Shown here: one piece after another, positions 52,250 through 63,722 of the stretch
Position numbering within the stretch: position 1 is the first letter of the stretch
Layout: the number at the start of each line of letters is the position of its first letter
Origin: Callorhinchus milii
Lineage: Eukaryota
Assembly: GCF_018977255.1 (NCBI RefSeq)
Contig: NW_024705191.1
Location: 1 to 63,722 of the forward strand
Direction: 5' to 3'
DNA: 63,722 nucleotides
Made by a program: the position numbers and the translations under genes
Notes under the pieces: generated by a model
What the model saw: only the letters and a program-made list of their open reading frames with translations
Told to the model about the DNA's origin: nothing
Database searches by the model: none

Positions 52250-52790
52250 TAATGGTTTTCTGTATCGACACAAGCACTGCTTCCCACCTATGTTCCGTTT
52301 GTAATTGATAAAAGCTACTATACTGCCTCTACTTGATTACTGTGACATCGTGTATAAATCAGCCCAAAGTACTGTACTGAAGAATCTTGACTCAATTTAT
52401 CACTCGCCTTAACATTTGCATTGAACTGCCCATGTGATCTCTACGTTGGGCCAACTTAACATCTCTTAATGTTAAACGGCTTGTGAACCAGATCTTATTT
52501 ATTCACGATGCACTTACAAAAAAATCTGTAGACTACCTGCTGGATCTCCTCTGTTTCAAAGAATAAATTTGACCTAAGGTCTTCGCTCATTACCAGCTTC
52601 ACCTTCCTATTGCTGTACAAATACTGGAGAAGGCTTTTGCTATTGATGCCCCAAGGGTCTGGAATTCTATTGCCAATAAACTGCAACTTGAATCACTACC
52701 GATGAGATCTTCACTCAAAACTGCTCTAGAGGAGTTGTACACCCCTAGCTGCCACTACTATTCAGTGGCCTAAAATAAAATAAAATGTTT
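52250..52790 (+). mobile_element. L2/CR1-group LINE 3' fragment
   Basis: Reads KATILPLLDYCDIVYKSA..TVLKNLDSIYHS and later AFAIDAPRVWNS. Confidence 0.65.
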
Positions 52791-53487
52791 CACTCCGGAT
52801 GACCGCTGCAAAGTATTATTTGTGTTTTGCTTTATTGTGCTGATTTAAAGGTGCATTGAAAAAACTGATATTCCGACTGATGCTCCTGATGTTGTGGAGT
52901 GACTCATGCAGCCAGCTATGGCTGCAGGGTTTGGTGGTACATGTTTTTATGTTGTTTATTGTTAAAATTCGGTCAAAGTTCCTATGATCACTGTTACATT
53001 GCTTTTATGGCTTTATTTTGGTGATTTCGAAAAGTTTTTGGTTTGGCCATGTTTGTTTGTTGTAGTACAGAGTTAGACTGATAGCCTCAATCTAAGTTGT
53101 CTTGTGGTTGTTGTTGTTGTTTGATTTGCATACCACTGGGATTTTTGCACACAGCGTTGGTGTACAGTGTTTTTTTCTGGAAATTTTGCTGATTTTTTTC
53201 CTGGATTTTCAGTTTGCACATAGTCACATTAAGATATTTTCTTGTTCATGTTTTGTTTTTTTTTGTTGCGGTTGCACCCGATTCAAGAGCCGAATGCTCA
53301 CAGGGCTATACCTAATACATTAACTTGAAACTTGAGTGTTTTATGCCTTTCTTTTGTGCTACATTAACTCACATTAATACAGTGCTACAGTTACATACGG
53401 TATGGTGTTTTATTAATTTTTTTGCCAATATTCCCTGCCATTATATTCAGCTAATACCTACTATAATCACCAAGGAATGTCCTTAAC

Positions 53488-53715
53488 GCACGTGACGTCA
53501 CTCCACAGCGACCATCCCCCCTCATAAATATGCATGAGCAGTGACGTCCTCCAAATGGACACCCCCCACCCCTCATTCATAATCATAAGCAGGCGACATC
53601 ACTCAATATGGAGTACTCCCCCGCCCTCACTAATAATCATGAACAGGTGACGTCCACCAAATGAACACCCCACCGCCATTAATAATAATTAGCGGGTGAC
53701 GTCACTCCACATGGT
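53488..53715. repeat. Degenerate ~60-bp repeat with TGACGTCA-like cores
   Basis: Recurring taat(c)atga.caggtgacgtc..cca...ccccc units; similar to 48950-49025. Confidence 0.55.
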
Positions 53716-54179
53716 GGGGCGAGGCGCCTCCTCCCCCCTCTTCAGCGTCAACTTACAACCCTCACTACAAAGACAAAACCCTCACCTTACGCGATTTCCA
53801 TCACGCTGTTGAGACATCGAATAATGATGAACAAGGATTATAACCTTAAAATGAAATAGGCCTGTGTCACCGCGCCCTTACAAAGTGCACACGCGTTAAT
53901 GCAACGAATATCACGTCGCGGTCTGCTTTTCGCTTGCACGTTTCAGATTTACTGCAATAAACCCGTCCTTGGACGGGCAAAAGGCTAGTTTTATAGAGAT
54001 GTTTATCCCATTTGGCAAGGAGCTTTGCGTGTTTTGTGTGAATAACGTTTGTTTTCACATTCCCGCTCTGCAATCTCTGAGGTTTGGCCCTGCATGTGCT
54101 CAACAACCGTGATAGAAGACAAGTTATACACACACATAAAACAAAGACAAAGATCCACCGTATAGCATTAACATACTCT

Positions 54180-54435
54180 TGGGGCAAGTGCTTTTAGCGA
54201 GCACCTATGAAGGCCGGCACGGCACACGAAGGGGTGGTTGGCCAGCACCAGGCCAAGCCGCCTTTGTCTCCCAGTGGCGATGTTTACACATAATACTAGT
54301 TACTCGTTTGAGGCTGAATCGACCTAGGGGAGGCCCAGGACCGGTTCAGATAAAATCGTCACTGGTGTTGGCCGCGAGAGGGAACCGAACTCGGGTCGCA
54401 AAATCACTGAATTTAACACGCACTTCAACACCAAG
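54180..54435 (-). mobile_element. Possible degenerate tRNA-derived SINE
   Basis: Minus-strand B-box-like gagttcggttccc near 54380-54393; the body is not matched elsewhere in the window. Confidence 0.3.
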
Positions 54436-56359
54436 CATACGTATATGCATTCCTAAATTAATGATATTCATCTATTAAGCTAACGAGTTCATGTTTAAGT
54501 ATTCTACGTATGCTGTCTTTCCTTACGATTCAGGCGTTATTCTTGATTAGTTTTCTTAGATTTTTATGGGGGGGGAGGGCGAAACATCAAACCACAGTCT
54601 TGAGAAGTGCCTCAGTGCAAAACTAACATTCTTTACAGGAGATTGCATTTGTAAGCATTGAATATTTCTTAGCGAGGGTTTATAGAAATGTAATGATCAC
54701 CAATGATATCACATTTTCTACAAGTTGCCCCCTTAAACCACAGGCGCAGTGTCGCTTCACTCTCGTACCAGTTATTTCGCAATACTCTACATCCTTTCCA
54801 TGAAAATTCGGTTGGAAAAAAATAAATTCCTCTACATTTTATGCTGATGTGCAACAGAAATCTTTGCCTAAATGTTACAATATTCCACAAAGTGTGATAG
54901 GCCATGACAAAAATGTGAAGTTTATAAAAATGCATAAATGTACGTTAATTTTTAAAGTGGAATTCAGTTGGGCAGAATAATGAAATAGTTAATTTCAGCT
55001 GCTGAAATGTATCTAAAACTCCCACTTTAAAGCTCACTCATTTCCTCTTATGGGAATGCCTTTAATTTGTTAGCAGCTGTTAGAAAGATTTCAAGTGTGA
55101 AGCTGCGAGACTTCAATGTTAGGCTTAAATAAATTCTCCAAATTGAATATAAAGTCTCCACTGGCTGAGGCCTAATTAAAATAATTAACATCCAACATAT
55201 CGCTGGGACTAATTTGCCTCCCCGAACACATTACACCTGACGGGGTTATTTAGCTCCGTATTCCAAAGGATTGAACTTAATCCATACTGACACATCATTT
55301 TCACAGCAAACCCGATGAGACTAAAAATTAAAACAGAATAAAAGATGTGTTTATAAGCTTTAAATTCTTGCATTTATCCCCCGCTGGCATGGGCCCTACT
55401 TACTGGCGTACAACTGAACAATTGTCAGCATGAAGCCCATTTGTCTAACTTTTACAAAGCATTTAAAATTAATTAATTATATACATTTCTTATTAGTGCC
55501 ATAATAACAGCGAGCATGCCATTTTGCTTAGACTCCTGTCACGTGTGGAGATTTAAGTTGCAGTTAATGACCAACATCTGTTTCTTCACATGTTTAAACA
55601 ATTATTATCTTTAGCAGAATTAAAAATAAATTTGCCTTGATAAATTGATATCTTTTTCGAGAGCATTACATTTCAGTACTGGAAATGTGCACCTTGATCA
55701 TGACAGTATTTAGCGATGTATATTGTTATGGTTAGAGTAATTTCTTGCATCACAATGTAATTTGGCCACCGATGATAATAATAAGAACAAAAACCTCCAT
55801 CGGCGGCCACACCACTAATTCATAGCAGAATTTAAGATCAGAGTGCTTTCAAATAACGTTGGAAAGCCTCACCGAGTCTTGTGCCTCGTTTTCAGAAGGG
55901 TCCTGCCAGGCTTTCACAGTAGCGGGGAACATGACCCGTGGTGTATAATGCCCACTGAGACATTTGCGGATATTTTTTTTTTAAGTTTTGGCAAATTTGG
56001 ACCATGACGTTGGTTAGACCCGTTGGCAAACCCCGCGGGACCCCTAATGTACAGTTACAGCGGTAGAGGAGGTGGTGGGCGTTAATAACAATTATTAGTG
56101 GTGCAGGAGTCGAACTGTGAACCTCGACAACAGGGAAATGCGCTGCCTCTGGGCTACGTGCGTGTGGCGCCTGTGTTACGTTCTGATCACATTCTATTTG
56201 CTTCTGCCAGCATGTACGTTTGCAATTACCGTACAAAATGTGTGGAGTATTTCAACCTAAAACTAGGACCAATCGGCAATGATTAAAATGTGAAACACGA
56301 AGCAACGTGTGACAATATTTGGTATTGTTTTGAATTCGACAATATATAAATACCAAGTA

Positions 56360-56722
56360 CAGTCTGTTCTCCTATAACACCGCGTGTTGTTTTCATAACG
56401 CGAATTGGATATAACGTGATGAATGTATTAGGGAACACTTTTTATAACGCGGATGCGAATTGGATATAACGTGACTGAGTGAACAGAGCTACGTCGCGCG
56501 AGTAGAGATAAGCGGTTGTATGGCTTCCTTGGTTGACTACGGATGCTGCTGGATGCTTCTAGGTGCTACCCACGCGCCTCAGTCTTTGTTCGGCCTGCGT
56601 ATGCATATCACGTGTTATCGCGGACTGTGCTTTACCCTATATTATAATATATTATAAGGCAATGTTTCCATAACGCGGTGTTCTTCAGGAACGTAACTAC
56701 CGTGTTATAGGAGAACAGACTG
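56360..56722. mobile_element. Tc1/mariner (pogo/Tigger-type) MITE
   Basis: Perfect 21-bp TIR cagtctgttctcctataacac with TA on both sides. Confidence 0.92.
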
Positions 56723-57254
56723 TACTATTATAATGAACATGACAACCACGGGCTGTATTTTATAACTGCATTTCAAGACGTTCTCCAAAATGTTATCAAC
56801 ACAAGCAGCAGTAGCAATATCGTGATAATGGTGACAATAATCTTCATCAGTAACAGCAGAACTAACATGAGCAACAGTAAAATTATCACTTTCGGCATCA
56901 TTATTTTAGCAACTTCATCATCACCATCACGAACATCGTGGATCACGTTACATAGAATGGATCAATTTGGTTTTGGCAGGACATTTGGGGGCCACAGAAA
57001 TGACGTCCTGCTTCAACACTAAATTACGTGTCACAGAAAAAGTAATTTGCGCCGTTGTGGAGAAAATGAGTGACCAAATAAATAAGCAGACAATACGCCT
57101 GGTTCACAAATCTGTCCATACAAATATATCTGTAGTATTGTTGCTTATTTTGTTACTTATATTCTCCACGACACTCGCCGTGACTGTTACTCTGCTACCG
57201 TCGGCCCCACAACGCATCGCTGCTCGATTTCCCCCGAGGTCGGCCTCCACACCC

Positions 57255-57490
57255 GGGTGCCGCGGTGACGAGATGTTAACTGCTTCGCTTAGTATGCAGG
57301 AGGTCGTGGGTTCGATCCCGACCCTGATGCCTGTATAGTTTGTGTATTCTCCCCGTGGTTGCGTCGATTTTTCTCTGGGTACAGCGGGTTTTTTTCCACT
57401 TCGTTGAGCTATCATTTGTGACAGGCAGGTCGCTTCTAAAAAATAGCTAGATAGCAGCTCAGTGGGCCTTACCTGGTAAAATAAAAAAAA
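57255..57490 (+). mobile_element. V-SINE, internally deleted, with 3' tail
   Basis: B-box ggttcgatccc, V-domain, tail ccttacctggtaaaataaaaaaaa. Confidence 0.8.
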
Positions 57491-57929
57491 GTTAATAGTT
57501 TTAATAGTTTCATCCCTGTGCACTTCTGTCTCTTCTTCTCCTGGGCATCACTCTCGTCCCGTGCGGTGTGTGTTCTTCTGAGGCGCCCCGTGCGGATAGC
57601 TGAGTTTTGCTTGGATACTGATGAAACATATATTCCAGTTGGTGGGCTGTCATTGCTCGCTGTTGCATGCATTTATTAACATAGTGAACACATAATAAAC
57701 TAAACATCAGTGGTCAATGCTTTCCAGTTACCAGTCTACAAAATGTTGCTTTAGTCAATAGTTTCTGCGTAAAATTAGACGGGCGTTTTCTTTACAGCTT
57801 TCACGAATCATCAAACATTTGCATCATACCCAAAGAGTTCTGGAAATGCCATACTTACGGTTTAACTATCCTTCCATGAAGATCAACAACAACAGCCGCC
57901 ATTCGCTGCTAAGTGGCGGTGACGTCATC

Positions 57930-58540
57930 ACAGCGCTTGTGCCAGACTAGGTGCACTTTGAGGTCATGTGAAGTGTCAAACGCTGGCTGACAGGACACGG
58001 GACAAAACCACGTGCCATGAGCTGACTGGCAGACGCACCACCTGTGCTCCCTACCGTTCCAATATTTTAGCCACCCGGTGTTCCGCTCATTGTTATGATC
58101 GTCGCTCCTCTGCGCTCCATTGTTGTTGGAGGGCGACTGTAGTAGCATTCTTCACGAGCATCCTCCATAGAGGCAGATCTTGACACCGCAAGTACCAGTC
58201 TTCGGCAGGTTCACTCAGCTCCACATCCTCCTGTACTGCATCAGTCCATCTCTTCTCGAGCCCGTGCCACGCCCGTTTAGTCCCCTCTATGCGGCTAAAC
58301 AGAAGCTGCTTGGGCATTCAGTTGCTGGGCATGCGGACTGCATGACCAAGTCAATGCAGCCTTATTTGCCGGAGGAGCTCACTGATGGGAATGTGTCCAA
58401 ATCTTTCAAAGATTTGTGAGCTCCTCACACAATCCAGCTTAGGCAAACCCAGGATGGTTCGTAGGTAGGCAAGCCTGAATGTTTCAAACCAGCGCAGATG
58501 TTCCATTGGAACGGTCCACGTTCTGCAAGCAAAGTGAAGG
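57930..58540 (-). mobile_element. RTE-clade LINE 3' fragment
   Basis: WTV..HLR.FETFRLAYLRTILG...LRQIRLH*LGHAVRM..MPKQLLFS..KRWTDAV..W...CQD..LWR. Confidence 0.8.
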
Positions 58541-58744
58541 GAGGACATGACCAGGTAGTTTCCACACATCGTTACGCAGCTGATGAAAAGATAATGCCGC
58601 TTTACTGATTCGGAGTGAGACCTCCGCTGCAAAAATCGAAGCAGGTCATATGCAGATTACCTAGGTACGGGACCAGCTAGTTTTGCCTCAGGCTTGTTCC
58701 ATCTGGGCCGGCCCTCTAGCTGCTACCGTAGGCGCACACCAGAT

Positions 58745-58931
58745 TCAACATCCCTGGTGAGTCGGTGCAGTCAGCAGCTGACAACACACCAGGCTCAACA
58801 TCCCTGGTGAGTCGCTACAGTCAGCAGCTGACAACACACCAGGCTCAACATCCCTGGTGAGTCGCTACAGTCAGCAGCTGCCAACGCACCAGGCTCAACA
58901 TCCCTGGTGAGTCGGCACAGTCAGCAGCTGC
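58745..58931. repeat. 50-bp minisatellite (~3.7 copies)
   Basis: tcaacatccctggtgagtcg...caccaggc units start at 58745, 58795, 58845 and 58895. Confidence 0.92.
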
Positions 58932-59500
58932 CCACGCCGAACCCCGGACGGCGTTCACTAACCCGGAAAACTCAGCTTGTCTGAGCCTGGGCATGTGGAA
59001 CCCCTGGTGGAGGATATTCCACCAAAAGGGTCTTTGGACCTTCCACTTGCACCCAGGACCATCTCCAGTCGTCTTGACTACATCTTGCCACTGGGTACAG
59101 ATGGGGCTGGTCGAGAGAGTGAGGTTGATGCTGTGCAAATCACCCTCACTTAAATCCAAGTTCTCTGCACAAGTCATGGCACCTTTTACCAGCGCCATTA
59201 TCCAAGTACTGTGGCGATGGGTGAGCTACGAAGCAGCAGGTACGGATATGCTGGAAGCTGTAGCCGCAAACCTGCACGCAGGCGGCTTAGGATATTGGTC
59301 GTTCCCTCACTGGACCGAAGCAGCAGTGAGGTCCGGCAGCACCCTGAGTTACTGAGCAGCCCTATTCAGGATCACACTGCTCACCTCCCGAGTGAGGAAA
59401 GGGCTAGAACAGGTACCCTAAACATTGCCTGCTTCAAAACATCCTGACCAGCCTACTGCAGCTGGCAGGATTCCATACTTGCGGTCGAAAAACAAATAAA

Positions 59501-60409
59501 ATGAAAAAGACCAAAGTGACGCCACTCACTGTTAGCACCTGGAATATGCGTATTTTGATGGACACATCTGGATCAAAAAGACCTGAGAGACGCACTGCCC
59601 TCGTGAGCAGAGAGCTAGCCAGATATAATGTGGGTGTTGCCACCCTTAGTGAGACCCGACTGGCCAATACTGGACAGGTGACTGAAGTGGGTCCAGGTTA
59701 CACATTCTTCCAGAGCGGAAGAGGCCAGGAGGAGAGATGTGAAGCTGGTGTTGGTTTTGCAGTAAAAAACCACCTGGTCAACCAACTGGCAAGCAAACCC
59801 AAGGGTATAAACGACCGTTTAATGACCTTAAAGCTCCACCTATTGGGTAAAAAGGAGGCCACCATCATCAGTGCCTATGCCCCTACCATGACCAACTCTG
59901 ACGAAATCCAAACCAAGTTTTATAATGACCTGGAAGTCATTATTCCTGCCACAGCCAGCTCTGACAAACTCCTAATACTTAGTGACTTCAATGCCAGAGT
60001 TGGAAGTGACCATCAATCATGGAATGGAGTCATAGGTGCACATGGCATTGGAAAATGTAACAGCAACAGCCTTCTGCTGCTGAAAACATGCTCTGAATTT
60101 GACCTGCTCATCACCAACATGATATTTCAACTACCAAAGCGCAAGAAAACTTCATGGATGCATCTTCGTTCACACCAATGGCACTTGATTGACTACGTCA
60201 TCATGAGGAGGAGCAACCGGCATGATGTCAGGGTGACCAAGGAAATGTGTGGTGCTGAATGTTGGACTGACCATCGTCTCATCATCTCCAAACTTAACAT
60301 TCGGATTAAGCCTCCCAGATGCCCACAAGGAAAAAGACGTGTCAAGCGTCTTAACATCACTCGCCTACAACAGGAACACACCAGACTGGCCTTTGTTGAG
60401 GCTCTAGAC
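59501..60409 (+). mobile_element. RTE LINE ORF N-terminus (AP endonuclease), truncated by hAT insertion
   Basis: TWNMR, RPERRTALV, LSETR, GVGFAV, SAYAPT, DFNARVG, TSWMH, IDYVI, TDH. The listed ORF runs on into the hAT terminus to 60481. Confidence 0.9.
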
Positions 60410-61545
60410 CAGGGGTCCTCAAACTTTTTAAACAGGGGGCCAGTTCACTGTCCCTCAGACCGTTGGAGGGCCGGACTATAGTTAAAATAAACTATGAACA
60501 AATTGCTATGCACACTGCATATATCTTATTTTGAAGTGAAGAAACAAAACGGGAACAAATACAATATTTAAAATGAAGAACAAGTAAAGTTAAATCAACA
60601 AACTTGCCAGTATTTCAATGGGAACTATGGGCCTGCTTTTGTCTAATGAGATGGTCAATGTCCGGTTCCATATTTGTCACTGCTAGTCGTAACAAGTGAT
60701 GCAAGTGTGCATCCATTAGTCTAGATCTGGTTAGAGATTTCAAATGTTTCATTCTGGAAAAAGTCTGTTCACAGACATAAGTGCTGCCAAAGATGGTTGC
60801 CATTTTGAGTGCATGGTTCCTGAGATGAGGATATGTCTCAGAGGGGAGAGATGCATAGAAATTATGAAGGCTGCTTGACTTGAATGCGTCTTTCAGAGAG
60901 TCACAATTCTGCAGTTCAGCCAGTTCTATTTGGTAAATTGTATCCACATTTTCAATGTCAATAGAAAATTGGTTACGGAAAAGCTGTATGTCCTGTTCAT
61001 GGAGATGAAGCTCTTTAAATCTAAATTGGAACTCCTTTGGCAATTTTTCCAGTGAATCCACACATGTTTTGTTTGGGAATGCAACCAATGGTTTTTTCTG
61101 ATAACAGATTTTGAGTTGTGGGGAGATGGCAGAAGTTTTCCTCCTTCACTTGTTTGATGAGGAGGCCTAATTTTACTTCAAATGCTTTGACATGTGATTG
61201 CATATCACAAATTAGCTTCCCCTTTCCTTGAAGTTGCACATTGAAACTGTTGAGTAGCTCTGTTACATCTGTCAGAAAGGCAAGGTGCCATTTCCATTTT
61301 TGCATCCTTGAGCTCTGGTACTTCTTTGTTTTTGAAAGCAGAAAAGCTGTAATCTGTGGAAGTAAGTCATAGAAACGTTTAAAAACTCTCCCTCGACTCA
61401 GCCAACGGACTTCTGTGTGGTACAGAACATCTTCATAGTCAACATTTAGCTCAGACAGAAATTCCTGAAATTGTCTGTGGTTTAGTACATGAGCTCTAAT
61501 GAAGTTAACACAAGATACCACAATTTTCATAACAAAGTTCCATTT

Positions 61546-61813
61546 CGATTTAAAGCTTTCGTGACTGCAGGGATTCATCTTCTTGGTTCTTTCGGTAAAG
61601 TCACGTAGAAGGGAAGTAATAAAATAATAAAAATAAAACATAATAAAACAATTCTCACGACGTTTCGGCCACAACGCAAGCAGCCGTCCTCACCTGAGGA
61701 CGGCTGCTTGCGTTGTGGCCGAAACGTCGTGAGAATTGTTTTATTATGTTTTATTTTTATTATTTTATTACTTCCCTTCTACGTGACTTTACCGAAAGAA
61801 CCAAGAAGATGAA
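61546..61813. mobile_element. Penelope-like palindromic pLTR insertion
   Basis: 119-bp arms 61574-61692 and 61695-61813 around a central cc. 28-nt one-sided tail. Imperfect ~15-bp TSD aacaaagttccattt / aacagagttccactt. Confidence 0.9.
61689..61733 (+). ncRNA. Minimal type I hammerhead ribozyme
   Basis: Stem I ctcac/gtgag, CTGAGGA at 61694-61700, stem II ggctgc/gtggcc, GAAA-cg-TC at 61721-61728. Confidence 0.75.
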
Positions 61814-61872
61814 CAGAGTTCCACTTCAGTGATTTACTACACAGCGCTTGTTTGTGGATGAGGCAGTGTATG

Positions 61873-62024
61873 TAAATGTTGTGGCTTCAACACACCGGTG
61901 GGCTAAAGCAGTGAACTATTTGTCTTTGTCAACGTGACACTTTTTTACTGATTGGCCGTGTCGGGTGGTGGAGGGTTACGACACATTTATAAATAAACGC
62001 GATCTAAACCCAAAAACGTTGATT
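61873..62024. repeat. Unclassified ~150-bp interspersed repeat inserted in the transposase
   Basis: Interrupts the reading between HNHSP and IHCLIH; similar to 33440-33548. Confidence 0.6.
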
Positions 62025-63574
62025 ATGGAGAATGGTTATGTTTGTCCATCTCTTGGTTAATGCGAGCAATTACTCCTTTCTTAGACCCCAACATGCTAGG
62101 AGCACCATCAGTTGTCACACTGGCTAGTTTAGCCCAGTTCAGCTCCAAACCATTCACAGTTTGGCAAACCTTTTCATAGATATCCTCTCCTGTAGTTGTT
62201 CCTTTGATGCTTTGCAGTGCAGCAAGCTCTTCTGTGACTTCGAAATAGTCATTCGTCCCACGAATAAAAATTAGAAGTTGTGCAGAATCACGAACATCAT
62301 TGCTTTCGTCGAGTGCCAAGGAAAAATAGGAAAGTTTTTTTGTGGAGTTTTGCAAATGCTGATGGAAATTGTCTCCCATTTCTTCAATCCTCCGTGTAAT
62401 TGTAGGTCCTGAAAGACTCACTGTACTAAATAAATCGGCCTTCTCTGGACACATCTCTTTGGCAACAGAAAGAAGGCATTCTTTAACAAATTCTCCCTCA
62501 ACGAATGGTCTGCCAGTGCACACTATTAGCTTGGCAACTTGAAAACTTGCTCGCAGTGATGAAATATTTAGCTGCTTCTGCTTCACAAAAGTATTTTGCT
62601 GAGTTGTTAATGTATTTTTCAGTTTTAATATTTTATCTTTTCTCACTTCTCCGACCAAACAATCATATTTATCTTCATGTTGAGTTTCATAGTGTCGACG
62701 TAAATTGTATTCTTTGAACACAGACACTATATTCTGGCATATCAGACACACAGCTCTTTCCTTGTACTGCATGAAAAAGTAATCATAAGTCCACTGTTTT
62801 TGAATATCCTACACTCCGAGTCAATTTTTCTCTTTCTTGACATCATTGTTTCCTAGGGAGTCAAAATTGCTATTAGTAAAATACCAATATATATACAGCG
62901 CTACAAAAACAATATACCAGCAATAACTTTGCCCACACAGAGACATACAGACTGCACTGCCCATCAATGCAGTCTGATTGGGGGAACTCCGCTTTTACCC
63001 CAGGCTCACACTGGTGCGGGTGCCATTAAAAAGTTAATTACACCTGCAGTTTTGTTCACAGATCGCAGTGCGATCTGCGAACTCGCATAGGAATCTGATC
63101 GCATGGGGGAGAAGACCCATGCGATCCGATTCCACTGCAGGAAAAAAGAAGGCACATGTGCCTTTTTTCTTCCGAATCTAATGCAAGTTCAGCCATACAA
63201 GCATATGGCTGAACTCGCACTGCTCAGAGATCGCAACAGTATGAACCGGGGCTTACACAACATACAACATATAACCTCATATAATGAATAGCAATCAGAA
63301 TATAAATGCACTTACTGTCATTTAAATTGGGTTTCCTACTCCTCGGCTGTCTGTCACTGACCAGCACGGGAAAACAGCAGGCAGCCCCTCCAGAGATCAG
63401 AGATCACTCTGTTATTACCCCTCTATCATTTACTCAGCACACAGGAATATCACTGGGAGTGGAGCCGAGGGGCAAGTGAGGGAGCTGAGGGAGGGAGAGC
63501 CAGTCAAGCGCAGCCAGGGGAGGGCTGGCAGCCTTAGGCCTGGGGGCAAGTCCAGTCAATTGGCCCATTGAACC

Positions 63575-63722
63575 ATTCACCAGCGCAGCCCAATGAGTGC
63601 CCACCGCCGCAGCTCAATCATTGCCCACCGCGCAGCTCAATCAGTGCTCACCAGCGCAGCCAAATCAGTGCTCGCCACCGCAGCCCAATCAGTGCCCACC
63701 ACCGCAGCCCAATGAGTGCTCA
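63575..63722. repeat. ~23-bp minisatellite
   Basis: gcagcccaatcagtgcccacca variants running to the window end. Confidence 0.85.

Larger units (their letters stand above)
60615..62846 (-). pseudogene. hAT transposase, frameshifted and interrupted by two insertions
   Basis: MMSRKRKIDSECRIFK..WTYDYFFMQYKERAVCLIC; ALDESND; TDGAPSM; IHCLIH; EVRWLSRG; FGSTYVCEQTFS; QAHSSH*. Confidence 0.92.
60410..63722 (-). mobile_element. OC1/OposCharlie-like hAT transposon (second end not seen in the window)
   Basis: TIR caggggtcctcaaact preceded by ctctagac (NTCTAGAN target consensus). Extent beyond ~63000 is uncertain. Confidence 0.75.

Noticed and set aside
61021-61674. 217-aa ORF as a novel fusion protein
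   Set aside because: Chance read-through from the pLTR insertion into a broken transposase.
63054-63082. Near-perfect palindrome gttcacagatcgca-g-tgcgatctgcgaac
   Set aside because: Most likely internal symmetry of transposon non-coding sequence.

Overview
The window has two very different parts. After 313 bp of natural-looking DNA and a 30-N gap (314-343), about 29.6 kb (344 to ~29,975) reads like statistically random sequence: roughly even base use, abundant CpG and TA, no microsatellites, none of the flanking repeat families, and a longest ORF of 173 aa. I treat it as probable filler or artefact and call no genes in it. From ~29,980 to the end the DNA is genuine, transposon-rich vertebrate sequence; it is probably non-mammalian, and a jawless fish is only a guess. 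It contains the last coding exon of a SoxD (SOX5/SOX6-like) gene at 31261-31552 and a probable ~5.6 kb 3'UTR. The rest is mostly nested mobile elements: three hAT (Buster/Charlie/OC1-type) transposase pseudogenes, hAT, Tigger and Harbinger MITEs, Helentron/DINE-1-like non-autonomous elements, V-SINEs, RTE, RTE-X and L2 LINE fragments, a solo LTR and several minisatellites. The most interesting biological signal is a family of short Penelope-like terminal repeats carrying a minimal type I hammerhead ribozyme (CTGAGGA...GAAACGTC). It is present in about 7 copies, and two insertions are near-perfect palindromes with an asymmetric ~30-nt tail. All family assignments are from recognition by eye; no searches were run.
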